Below are positions 7,571 to 16,309 of a DNA stretch of 64,000 bases, one piece after another. A program made the position numbers and the translations under genes. Positions within the stretch are counted from its first letter, which is position 1, and every line of letters starts with the position of its first letter. Under the pieces are notes generated by a model. It saw only the letters and a program-made list of their open reading frames with translations, had not been told where the DNA came from and made no database searches. Origin of the DNA: an uncultured Candidatus Saccharibacteria bacterium (lineage in GTDB: Bacteria > Patescibacteriota > Minisyncoccia > Minisyncoccales > PEYH01); NCBI GenBank assembly GCA_964616145.1, contig CAZTRD010000001.1, positions 4,024 to 68,023 on the forward strand, written 5' to 3'.

Positions 7571-8554
7571 GTGGTTAAATTTTTACACATGGATTCAAAA
7601 AGAAAAAAGGTAATTGTAATGGGCGGAGGAACAGGAACTTTTACTGTTCTTTCCGGATTGAAAAGATACCCTTTAGACCTTTCTGCTGTAGTAGCTATGG
7701 CAGATGATGGAGGATCTACCGGTGTTTTAAGAGATGAATTAGGAGTACTTCCTCCTGGAGATGTAAGACAATGCTTAGTAGCGCTATCTTCTTCTGATAA
7801 GCTGATGAGGGATTTGATAAACTACAGATTCGCTAATGGACATTTTCAGGGTCATAGTTTTGGAAATCTTTTGCTCTCTGCTTTAGAAAAAGTGACTGGA
7901 AGCTTTGATCAGGCAGTAGAAAAGGCCTCTGATATTTTAAGAATCCATGGAAAAGTAATTCCGGCTACATTAGATAAGGTAAGATTGGTAGCTGATTTAA
8001 AAGATAGAAAGATTGTAGGAGAAGGAAATATCAGCCAATCTGATTTAAACGGATTGAGAAAAATATATCTTTCTCCGAAAGCCAAGGCGAATAAAAAGGC
8101 GATTGAAGCGATTAACAGTGCTGATGCGATAATAATAGGACCTGGGAATTTCTATTCCAGCTTAATCCCTAATATGCTGGTTTCTGGAATCCCTCAAGCG
8201 ATTAAGAAAAGTAAAGCGGCCAAAATATATATTTGCAACTTAATGACTAAAAGCGGTCAAACTTCTGATTTTACTGTTAAGATTTTCTCTGAAAAGATAG
8301 AAAAATACCTTGGTTGCAAGCTCAATTATGTCATTTTTAATACAAAAATCCCTGATTCTGGCTTGTTAAAAAAATATTCTTTGGAAGGGGAAAAGATTAC
8401 TATTGTAGATAAAGAACTGGATGGAAAAAAGTTCATTGGAGCTGATTTGATCAGCAGGAAATTACCAGATCTTTCCAAGCAAGACCTGCTTAAGCGCACC
8501 CTTATCCGCCATAACCCTGATAAACTAGCTAAAATCATATTAAAACTGATATAG
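7571..8554 (+). CDS. yvcK: YvcK/CofD-like gluconeogenesis-factor family protein (UPF0052)
   Basis: VIVMGGGTGTFTVLSGLKRYPLDLSAVVAMADDGGSTGVLRDELGVLPPGDVRQCLVAL. The track start is a GTG at 7571; an ATG at 7589 is an alternative. Confidence 0.8.
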   Translation: MVKFLHMDSKRKKVIVMGGGTGTFTVLSGLKRYPLDLSAVVAMADDGGSTGVLRDELGVLPPGDVRQCLVALSSSDKLMRDLINYRFANGHFQGHSFGNLLLSALEKVTGSFDQAVEKASDILRIHGKVIPATLDKVRLVADLKDRKIVGEGNISQSDLNGLRKIYLSPKAKANKKAIEAINSADAIIIGPGNFYSSLIPNMLVSGIPQAIKKSKAAKIYICNLMTKSGQTSDFTVKIFSEKIEKYLGCKLNYVIFNTKIPDSGLLKKYSLEGEKITIVDKELDGKKFIGADLISRKLPDLSKQDLLKRTLIRHNPDKLAKIILKLI

Positions 8555-8602
8555 CTTGCTTTTTTTACAATATTTTGTATACTATAGAAAACAATTAAAA
8601 AT

Positions 8603-8869
8603 ATGCTTACACCAGAAGAGAAGGGAAAAATCATAGAGAAATTCAAATCTCACGATTCCGACACCGGATCCACAGAAATCCAGGTTGCTCTTTTAACCGA
8701 AGAGATAAAAAGGCTTCTTTTGCATTTAAAAAAGAATCCTAAAGATATCTTTTCTAAAAGAGGACTTTTGAAGATGGTCACTCAGAGAAGAAGACTTTTG
8801 AAATATCTGAAAACCCAGAGTACTAGAAGCTATAATTCTTTGATAAAGAAATTAGGCATAAAAAAATAA
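8603..8869 (+). CDS. rpsO: 30S ribosomal protein S15
   Basis: 88 aa: ...HDSDTGSTEIQVALLTEEIKRLLLHLKKNPKD..SKRGLLKMVTQRRRLLKYL. Confidence 0.95.
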   Translation: MLTPEEKGKIIEKFKSHDSDTGSTEIQVALLTEEIKRLLLHLKKNPKDIFSKRGLLKMVTQRRRLLKYLKTQSTRSYNSLIKKLGIKK

Positions 8870-8870
8870 A

Positions 8871-9377
8871 ATGGTCTCTTTAAAGCATAAAGACCAAAGG
8901 GTAGCAGTTTTAATTGATACCCAGAATCTTTACTACTCAGCTAAAAATCTTTTCGACGCTAAAGTTAACTTCAAGTCAGTACTGGAAACAGCTCTTGCAT
9001 CCAGAAAGCTTATCCGGGCTTTTGCCTATGTTGTTCAGACGAAAACAAGGGAAGAACAACCGTTTTTTGATGCTTTGGCCAATCTCGGGATAGAAACCAG
9101 GGTAAGGCCTTTGCAGGAATTCTACGGAGGATTAAAGAAAGCTGACTGGGATGTCGGCATAGTAATAGATGCGATAAGGGTGGCCAATAGCGTAGATGTG
9201 ATAGTTTTGGCTTCCGGAGATGGGGATTTCATACCTCTTTTGGAATATCTCAGAAATCAAGGGAAAAGAGTAGAAGTAATAGCATTCGGGAAATCCACTT
9301 CTTCTCTCATCAAGGAAGCGGCAGATGAATTCATTAACATAGAAGACAATCCAAAACAATATTTGATAAATAAATAA
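8871..9377 (+). CDS. NYN-domain (LabA-like) putative RNase
   Basis: 168 aa: RVAVLIDTQNLYYS...DWDVGIVIDAI...VIVLASGDGDFIPLLEYLRNQGKRVEVIAF. Confidence 0.75.
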   Translation: MVSLKHKDQRVAVLIDTQNLYYSAKNLFDAKVNFKSVLETALASRKLIRAFAYVVQTKTREEQPFFDALANLGIETRVRPLQEFYGGLKKADWDVGIVIDAIRVANSVDVIVLASGDGDFIPLLEYLRNQGKRVEVIAFGKSTSSLIKEAADEFINIEDNPKQYLINK

Positions 9378-9381
9378 ACAT

Positions 9382-11556
9382 ATGGAACATAAATTAGAAA
9401 TTGCAGGAAAAACTTTTTTTATTAATTTAGAAAACCTAGCAGAACAAGCCAATGGCGCTGTTTTTGTAAGGCACAATGATACTTTGGTAATGGCCACTGC
9501 AACAATGGCTCCAAAAGATATTGAGGGTCAGGATTTTTTTCCTTTGACTGTTGATTTTGAAGAGAAATTCTATGCTGCCGGGAAAATTCTTGGTTCAAGA
9601 TTTGTAAGAAGAGAAGGAAAGCCGTCTGATGAAGCTATTCTCACTGGCAGATTTATTGATAGAGCGATAAGGCCGTTGTTTCCAAAAAACCTTAAAAGAG
9701 AAGTACAGGTAATTGTTGGCTGCTATTCTTTTGATGAGGAAAATGATCCAGACATGGCAGGAATGATTGCTGCTTCTCTGGCCCTGGGAATTTCAGATAT
9801 TCCATGGGACGGACCAATTGCTCCGATAAGGATAAGCAAAGTGAACGGAAATTTAATCACCAATCCAACATACAAAGAAAGAGAGGAGGCATCATATGAT
9901 TTGGCTTTCAGCGCAGTAGAGGAAAATGGAGAGATCGGATTTAATATGATTGAAGGCCAGGGAAATGAAATCCAGGAACAAGATGTTTTGGAGGCCTTAG
10001 AGATTTCAAAAAATGATTTACGAAAGATTCTAGATTTCCAAAAAGAAATAGTTCAGAAATATGGAAAAGCAAAAACAATAATCCCTGAGAAAAATATTTC
10101 TGAAGAATTAAAGAAGACTGTTAAGAAATACAGATCTGAAATGGAGGATGCAATGTTTAAAGCTCCAAGCGTGGAGAATAAATCTGAGATGCAGGAATTG
10201 CAGGATAGAATAATATTAGATGTTAAAGATAATTTCGGAGCAGAAAATATTGGAATTGCCAAAGATTTAATTGAAGAAGAATTAGAAGATCTTTTTAATA
10301 TTAATGTAATTGAAAAAGAAAAGAGGCCCGATGGAAGAAAGTTTGATCAGATAAGGCCTTTGGAAATGAGGGTTGAGATTCTTCCAAGAACTCATGGCTC
10401 TGGGCTTTTTATCAGAGGAAAAACCAAGGCTTTATCCAATGTAACTCTTGGTTCTCCCAGCGATCAGAAATTAGTGGAAGGAATGGAAATCAGGGGGAAA
10501 AAGAGATTTATGCATCATTACAATTTCCCTCCGTTCTGTTCAGGAGAAGTAAAACCATTGAGAGGCCCTGGCAGAAGGGAGATAGGCCATGGCATGTTAG
10601 CGGAGAAAGCGCTTTTTCCACTTGTTCCAAATTTTGAGAATTTCCCTTATACTATAAGAATAGTAACAGAAATTCTTTCTTCTAATGGTTCGACCTCAAT
10701 GGCGTCTGTTTCAGCTTCAACATTGGCCTTGATGGATGCCGGGGTTCCTATATTAAAACCAGCTGCAGGAATTTCTGTAGGACTGGCAAAAGTCAAAGAT
10801 AAATACAAATTGCTTTGCGATATTCAGGGGCCAGAAGATCATTACGGAGATATGGATTTTAAGGTGGCTGGCACGAGAGATGGAATCACTGCCATCCAGA
10901 TGGATATTAAAACAAGAAGCATAAGTACGGAAATCGCCAAAGAAGCTTTGGAGATTGCTAAGACTGCCCGATACCAAATTCTTGATCTGACGGAAAAAAC
11001 AATAGCTGCCCCCAGGACTAATGTATCCCAATATGCTCCCAAGATCTTCAGAATTAGTATAAATCCTGATAAAATAGGAAGTGTGATCGGCCCGGGAGGA
11101 AGAATCATAAATGAGATTATTGATAAATGCGAAGTAGCCATAGATATAGAGGAAGACGGAAATGTGTTCGTATCGTCTGCTTCTGACGATTCGGCTCAAA
11201 AAGCTATTGAATGGATTAAAAATATTACAAGAGAGATAAAGGTAGGAGAAGTGTTCCAGGGAAAAGTTGCCAGAATTCTTGATTTCGGAGCGATAGTCCA
11301 AATACTTCCAGACAAAGATGGAATGGTCCACATATCTCAACTTGCCCCATACAGGGTGAATAGGGTTGAGGATATCGTAAAAGTCGGGCAAATGATTCCT
11401 GTCAAAGTGATAAGCGTGGATGAATCGGGAAAGATAGGGCTGTCTTTAAAAGAACTCTCCCATCCCGGAAGTAATGATGTTTCAGGACCAACTTCTCCTA
11501 AAAAAGATTTTCCCGAGCACAGACAAAAACCAGGTTTCTTTAGAAAAAGACAATAA
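9382..11556 (+). CDS. pnp: Polyribonucleotide nucleotidyltransferase (PNPase)
   Basis: 724 aa with two RNase PH domains (RPDGR, GHGMLAEKAL), a KH domain (IGPGGRIINEI) and an S1 domain (GKVARILDFGAIV). Confidence 0.95.
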   Translation: MEHKLEIAGKTFFINLENLAEQANGAVFVRHNDTLVMATATMAPKDIEGQDFFPLTVDFEEKFYAAGKILGSRFVRREGKPSDEAILTGRFIDRAIRPLFPKNLKREVQVIVGCYSFDEENDPDMAGMIAASLALGISDIPWDGPIAPIRISKVNGNLITNPTYKEREEASYDLAFSAVEENGEIGFNMIEGQGNEIQEQDVLEALEISKNDLRKILDFQKEIVQKYGKAKTIIPEKNISEELKKTVKKYRSEMEDAMFKAPSVENKSEMQELQDRIILDVKDNFGAENIGIAKDLIEEELEDLFNINVIEKEKRPDGRKFDQIRPLEMRVEILPRTHGSGLFIRGKTKALSNVTLGSPSDQKLVEGMEIRGKKRFMHHYNFPPFCSGEVKPLRGPGRREIGHGMLAEKALFPLVPNFENFPYTIRIVTEILSSNGSTSMASVSASTLALMDAGVPILKPAAGISVGLAKVKDKYKLLCDIQGPEDHYGDMDFKVAGTRDGITAIQMDIKTRSISTEIAKEALEIAKTARYQILDLTEKTIAAPRTNVSQYAPKIFRISINPDKIGSVIGPGGRIINEIIDKCEVAIDIEEDGNVFVSSASDDSAQKAIEWIKNITREIKVGEVFQGKVARILDFGAIVQILPDKDGMVHISQLAPYRVNRVEDIVKVGQMIPVKVISVDESGKIGLSLKELSHPGSNDVSGPTSPKKDFPEHRQKPGFFRKRQ

Positions 11557-11558
11557 AT

Positions 11559-13964
11559 ATGAAAAACAATTCTTCAGAAATACTTATTCCTAAAGCAGCC
11601 ATACGCACCATGGAAAAGGATTTGGGCGGAATTGTATTTGAAGAATGGGAAGAAACTTTAGCAGAATCAGAGATAATGGATCTTTTAAAGAATCTTAAAA
11701 GAGAAGAAAAACCGATTGTTGTTCCAACTGCAATAGAGATGGAGGAACAGAAAAAGATTGGGCAGGAAAAACAAGCTGCTCTGGAATTAGAGAAAAGAAG
11801 AGAACAAGAAAAAAGAGAGGCGGAACAAAGAGAAACAGAGAAAATTAGGATGCAAAGATTAGCGGAACAGCAAAAAGAGCAAGAAGTTGTTTCTAAAATC
11901 AGAAGGCAAGCCGTAGAAATGGAGGAGATTGTCCAAAGCAAGATGAGGCAGGAAGATGAAAAATATCAGGAGCAAGAAGAGTTAAAAAGGCATGCTGTCC
12001 AGGAAGGCCAGCAGGAAGAAACATTGAAGTTGAAGAAAAAAGAAATTGAAGAATCCCTGTCTAAAATTCCTGAATTTAAAAAACCATTAGACGAAACCAA
12101 GTCATACCTGTTCAAAGAAAGGGATAGGGTACAGCAATCAATTGATCCTATCGCTGAAAGCGAAAGGAAAATAGAAGAAAATATCAAATTAGTCAGCAAG
12201 ATTGAGGACGGATCAGCTATTCCTTTGGAAAAAAGAAGGGCTGAAAAGGATAGGCAAATGCTTGAGCTGGAAAGAAACAAAGTTGAAGAAAGCAGATGGG
12301 CTTACGAAAAAGAACTATTCGCCGTAGAGGAACAGTTAAAAGAACTTGAAATTAAGTATCAGGATTTAGCTGGCAGGGAAGCTAAACTTTTGCAACAGCA
12401 AAAAGAGATTAATGGAGAATTATCTAAGATAGACAAAAAGAAGGAAAGAAAACAAAAGGAAAATTTGATAGATAAATTGGTGGAGGAGAAAAATTCCCTT
12501 TCAACGGAAAGAGACGGAGTATCTGTCAGAAGGAAAGAATTGGAAGAAAAACTAGCCGAGGTCTCTGCTGATGAGAAAAAGGTAGAAAAAGAGGAAGAAT
12601 ACTTGAAACATGAAGAGGAGGTTGCCAAGGGACCGGAAAGACAAAAGATAGAAATGGAAAGACAACGCTTGGAAGGACAGAGGATAGAACTGGAAAAGAA
12701 GCGCTGGAGATTAGAAGATGATAAAAGAAAAGTAGCTTTGGAAGAAAGCAGATTAAATCTTAAATATAAAAATCTTTTAGAGAAAGAAAATCTTTTACGC
12801 GAACAGATAGATGAGATTAATAAGGATTTGGGGATTGTTCCCAAGGATCAGCCAAAACCAATAGTACCTTCCAGTAGAGAAGCCTTGACCCAGATAAAAG
12901 AAAGGGAGGGGGAATATGTTAAGAAATACGGTCCAACAGATGAAATGCAAATATCTCAAACAGGACTGGAAGATGAAGAAACCAAATTAGCGAAAGAGGC
13001 CTTGAAGAGGTTGGAAGAAAAAAGAGAAAAAGAAGCCCTTTTAAAGAAACTGGATGAACAGAATAAGACCAAGGAGATGAAAAGAGATGAACTGATAATG
13101 GATAGATTAAGAGCTGGCCAAGCGCCATCACCTTTCCCTGGAGAGGGTCAGGTTCCTCCAGAAGAACAAGGACAGCCTTCAATAATATATCAGGGGCAAC
13201 CTACTAATAAATGGATAAAGATTGCCATCTTTGTATTAATTGCTGCTATTCTATTGGGATTGATAATTTTTGCCATTATTAAGATAAGGAAGCCTGCACC
13301 AGAGCCGGAGATTCCTCCTGGAGGAGATATTATAGTTCCCGTCACACCTCCTTATTCAACAAGCACAGCTACAACAACTCCGGTTAATTTAACTATCTGG
13401 GATTCTTTAATTCCTAATATTCTAAGGACAGATACCAATATTATTACTCAGAATAAAGATCTTCCATCGCGATTGGGCCTCATATACCAGGAACCCATAA
13501 CTGAAAATCAATTCATTAGGATAGCATTTGAGAATAGGTCCTTGGCTAAATATATCACTCTTGATGATTTTGCCGATGGTTTATCTATCCCTACTCCGAA
13601 TCGATTAACTGATGCCGTGGATAAACAATTCACCATGTACCTATATAGCTCTAGCGGGAAAAAGAGTTTGGGATGGATAGCAAAAAGAAAATTGGAGAAT
13701 AATTTGGATCTTTCCCAGATTATGACTTCTTGGGAAAAATCTTTGGCTGCTAATGCTGAGGATCTTGGTAACATTCTTGGTTACAAGATAAAGGGAAAAT
13801 GTAACTTTAAATCACAGACATATAAGACGAAGACATTAAGGTATTGTGATTTAATCTCCTCTCCTGGCTGCTACGGGGCCTGCTATGCCGTAACTGATAA
13901 TTACCTAATATACGGAACTTGCTGTTCTACTGTAACGACTTTGATCACTATTCTTAATCAATAA
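11559..13964 (+). CDS. Large E/K-rich coiled-coil protein with one transmembrane helix and a Cys-containing C-terminal ectodomain, unknown function
   Basis: 801 aa. About 550 aa are E/K/R/Q-rich heptad-like sequence, then the TM helix WIKIAIFVLIAAILLGLIIFAII, then a ~200-aa domain ending CDLISSPGCYGACYAV..GTCC. Confidence 0.6.
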   Translation: MKNNSSEILIPKAAIRTMEKDLGGIVFEEWEETLAESEIMDLLKNLKREEKPIVVPTAIEMEEQKKIGQEKQAALELEKRREQEKREAEQRETEKIRMQRLAEQQKEQEVVSKIRRQAVEMEEIVQSKMRQEDEKYQEQEELKRHAVQEGQQEETLKLKKKEIEESLSKIPEFKKPLDETKSYLFKERDRVQQSIDPIAESERKIEENIKLVSKIEDGSAIPLEKRRAEKDRQMLELERNKVEESRWAYEKELFAVEEQLKELEIKYQDLAGREAKLLQQQKEINGELSKIDKKKERKQKENLIDKLVEEKNSLSTERDGVSVRRKELEEKLAEVSADEKKVEKEEEYLKHEEEVAKGPERQKIEMERQRLEGQRIELEKKRWRLEDDKRKVALEESRLNLKYKNLLEKENLLREQIDEINKDLGIVPKDQPKPIVPSSREALTQIKEREGEYVKKYGPTDEMQISQTGLEDEETKLAKEALKRLEEKREKEALLKKLDEQNKTKEMKRDELIMDRLRAGQAPSPFPGEGQVPPEEQGQPSIIYQGQPTNKWIKIAIFVLIAAILLGLIIFAIIKIRKPAPEPEIPPGGDIIVPVTPPYSTSTATTTPVNLTIWDSLIPNILRTDTNIITQNKDLPSRLGLIYQEPITENQFIRIAFENRSLAKYITLDDFADGLSIPTPNRLTDAVDKQFTMYLYSSSGKKSLGWIAKRKLENNLDLSQIMTSWEKSLAANAEDLGNILGYKIKGKCNFKSQTYKTKTLRYCDLISSPGCYGACYAVTDNYLIYGTCCSTVTTLITILNQ

Positions 13965-13965
13965 T

Positions 13966-14340
13966 ATGAACAAGGGTTTTATTAAAAATCAAGAAGAAAT
14001 ATTATTAGACATGAAGAACAAGCTGGAAACCCAGCTTGAATCTTTTGCTAAGAAAGATGAGAATCTTGACCATAACTGGAAATCAGATTTTCCAAAGCTT
14101 GATAAGTCGGCAATAGGAGATGCAAATCTGGAAACAGCCCAAGATGAAGTGGAAGAATATATGAATAGATTATCCATAGAGCATGCTTTGGAAATCAAAT
14201 TAAAAAATATTGCTCATGCCTTGGAAAGGATAAAAAATGGCAAGTATGGAAAATGCGAGAAATGTAATAAAAAGATACCTTTAGATAGATTAAAGGTTTG
14301 TCCCGAAGCCAGATTGTGCCTTGATTGCGAAAAGAAATAA
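13966..14340 (+). CDS. DksA/TraR-family C4 zinc-finger protein
   Basis: 124 aa. The C-terminus is YGKCEKCNKKIPLDRLKVCPEARLCLDCEKK. Confidence 0.75.
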   Translation: MNKGFIKNQEEILLDMKNKLETQLESFAKKDENLDHNWKSDFPKLDKSAIGDANLETAQDEVEEYMNRLSIEHALEIKLKNIAHALERIKNGKYGKCEKCNKKIPLDRLKVCPEARLCLDCEKK

Positions 14341-14353
14341 TATCAATTACGAG

Positions 14354-14377
14354 AGCTCAGATTTTACTGAGCTTTTG
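14354..14377 (+). terminator. Intrinsic terminator
   Basis: AGCTCAG-ATTTTA-CTGAGCT stem-loop (7 bp) followed by TTTT. Confidence 0.6.
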
Positions 14378-14379
14378 TA

Positions 14380-15309
14380 TTATCTAAATGGATTTTTTGC
14401 CCCCCTGACATCAAAGTGGAGATGACATCCTAATACTCCGCTAGGTATAGTATATCCGGTATGTCCAATGTATCCTATAATTTCCCCCTGAGAAACTATT
14501 TGGTTGGCACTAACAGCAATACTTTGCAAGTGTCCGTAAAAAGTAACTACTCCGTTTGGATGAAGAATTCTTACATAGTTTCCAGCAGTAGTTTGTCTGC
14601 CAGTCCTTTGCACGGTTCCCCCGGCTGCGGCAAATACAGGAGATCCGCATTGACCAGTAGTGAAATCAATTGCGTTATACCAATGCAATCCTTGACTTAT
14701 CTTGCAAGGAGATGGAATCGGGCAGATGAAGTATGAATTAGGCAGGGCAACACTAGCAACTGCTGTCTGCTTTGCTGGTTTTACTCCATTGGGGATAATA
14801 ATGATATCTCCAATGTATACTCTCCCATCAGAGGAAAGCTCATTAAAAGCTATTACTTCAGTTAAGTTTCCTTTATATATCTTAGTAATACTGCTTAAGG
14901 TTTCCCCGCTTCCAACAAGATGCATTGTTCCGGTTACGGGCAATATCGCTAAAACCTGACCAACTTTTAATTTCGTAGTTGTTGATATGCTATTTGCCCA
15001 AGCAATGGTATTGCTGCTTATCCCAAAATCCTGAGCTATGCTTTTTACCGTATCTCCTTCCTGAACAACATAGTCAAGTATCTTGTTTTCGGAATCAGCT
15101 CCTAAGTCCTGTCCGGTGATTGTGGCTAGGGCTTTAGTACTTAAATTTTCCGGAGCGCAAGCGGCTTTAATACAATTCCCATCTACCGTAATTTCATCTG
15201 GCAACCCCTTTTTCCCTTCTCCTTGGCTCAAGAATAGATTGGTATCGTTTGTTGCTATCGGCTCAAAATAGTTAACATACGTATGGCTTCTTACAATTAC
15301 TACCACCAA
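14380..15309 (-). CDS. LysM-domain M23 peptidoglycan endopeptidase (N-terminus probably extends upstream)
   Basis: Two LysM repeats (YVVQEGDTVKSIAQDFGISSNTIAWAN; HLVGSGETLSSITKIY). The M23 core has HWYNAIDF...YGHL...GHTGYT...HLHFDV. The frame stays open upstream to 15423 and encodes a signal anchor there, but has no canonical start codon. Confidence 0.85.
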   Translation of the reverse strand: MVVVIVRSHTYVNYFEPIATNDTNLFLSQGEGKKGLPDEITVDGNCIKAACAPENLSTKALATITGQDLGADSENKILDYVVQEGDTVKSIAQDFGISSNTIAWANSISTTTKLKVGQVLAILPVTGTMHLVGSGETLSSITKIYKGNLTEVIAFNELSSDGRVYIGDIIIIPNGVKPAKQTAVASVALPNSYFICPIPSPCKISQGLHWYNAIDFTTGQCGSPVFAAAGGTVQRTGRQTTAGNYVRILHPNGVVTFYGHLQSIAVSANQIVSQGEIIGYIGHTGYTIPSGVLGCHLHFDVRGAKNPFR

Positions 15310-15460
15310 AAGAAAGATTAAAAAGGCACAGAAAAAAATAGCCCGAAACCTTTTTCTGAGCCAATCAAGGATGATAAATTTGTCTTTTAGGGGTAAAATA
15401 TATTTAATATTAATGGACCCTATCTAATAATCAGGATATCAATAATATGGGGTTAAGTCA

Positions 15461-16297
15461 ATGAACTTAAGTGATAAAAAAGAGATTGTGGGGATATTAA
15501 AAAAACACGGAATCCGGCTTACAAAAGGGCTTGGACAGAATTTTTTAATTAACAAAAATATTATTTTGAAGCTTATCAGGGTTTTCGGAATCAATAAATC
15601 TGATGTTATTCTTGAGATCGGACCGGGAATAGGTGTTTTAACCCAGGAACTTGCCAAGAATTCTAAAATGGTTGTTGCTATTGAAAAAGATCGGATTTTA
15701 TCTGAAATCTGCAAAGATAATTTAAAAGATTTAAAAAATGTATTTGTAATAAATCAGGATGCTTTAAAGTCAGATGTTAAAAAACTATTTTCTGACTTAA
15801 AGATTAAAGAAAAAACATACAGAGTGGTGGCGAATCTTCCATATAATATATCTTTGAGAATAATCAGAAGGTTTTTAGAGGATGAATTCCCTCCAAAAGA
15901 TATTGTTGTGATTATTCAGAAAGAAGTTGGGCAAAAGATTTGCGATAAAAAATCTAATCTTCCTAAAATTGCTTTTAATTTCTATGGGAAACCTAAAAAT
16001 CTCTTTTATCTCTCCAGAGAATTATTCTGGCCTAAGCCAAAAGTGGACGGAGTGGCCTTACAGATAGCTAATATACAAAAGAATTTACCGGATGTAGATG
16101 ATAAATTATTCTTCAAGATATTAAAAGCCGGGTTTTCGCATCCAAGAAAGACAATTGTTAATAATTTATCTTCTTTAAACATTGAAAAAGAGAGAATAGT
16201 TGTTTGGTTGAATAGATCGAATATAGATATTAAGGCGAGGCCGGAGAATATAAAGATGGAGGAGTGGATAAATCTTACTTTGAATTTTAAATTATGA
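15461..16297 (+). CDS. rsmA: 16S rRNA (adenine1518/1519-N6)-dimethyltransferase
   Basis: GQNFLINKNI, ILEIGPGIGVLTQELA, VVANLPYNIS. Confidence 0.9.
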   Translation: MNLSDKKEIVGILKKHGIRLTKGLGQNFLINKNIILKLIRVFGINKSDVILEIGPGIGVLTQELAKNSKMVVAIEKDRILSEICKDNLKDLKNVFVINQDALKSDVKKLFSDLKIKEKTYRVVANLPYNISLRIIRRFLEDEFPPKDIVVIIQKEVGQKICDKKSNLPKIAFNFYGKPKNLFYLSRELFWPKPKVDGVALQIANIQKNLPDVDDKLFFKILKAGFSHPRKTIVNNLSSLNIEKERIVVWLNRSNIDIKARPENIKMEEWINLTLNFKL

Positions 16298-16309
16298 TAT
16301 TATTAAGAA

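Noticed and set aside
10753-11391. 212-aa and 99-aa minus-strand ORFs inside pnp
   Set aside because: They are shadows of a highly conserved PNPase coding region.
11540-12844. Series of S/C/F-rich minus-strand ORFs (133, 104 and 161 aa)
   Set aside because: They are antisense to the E/K-rich coiled-coil gene. GAA/AAG repeats read as TTC/CTT on the other strand.
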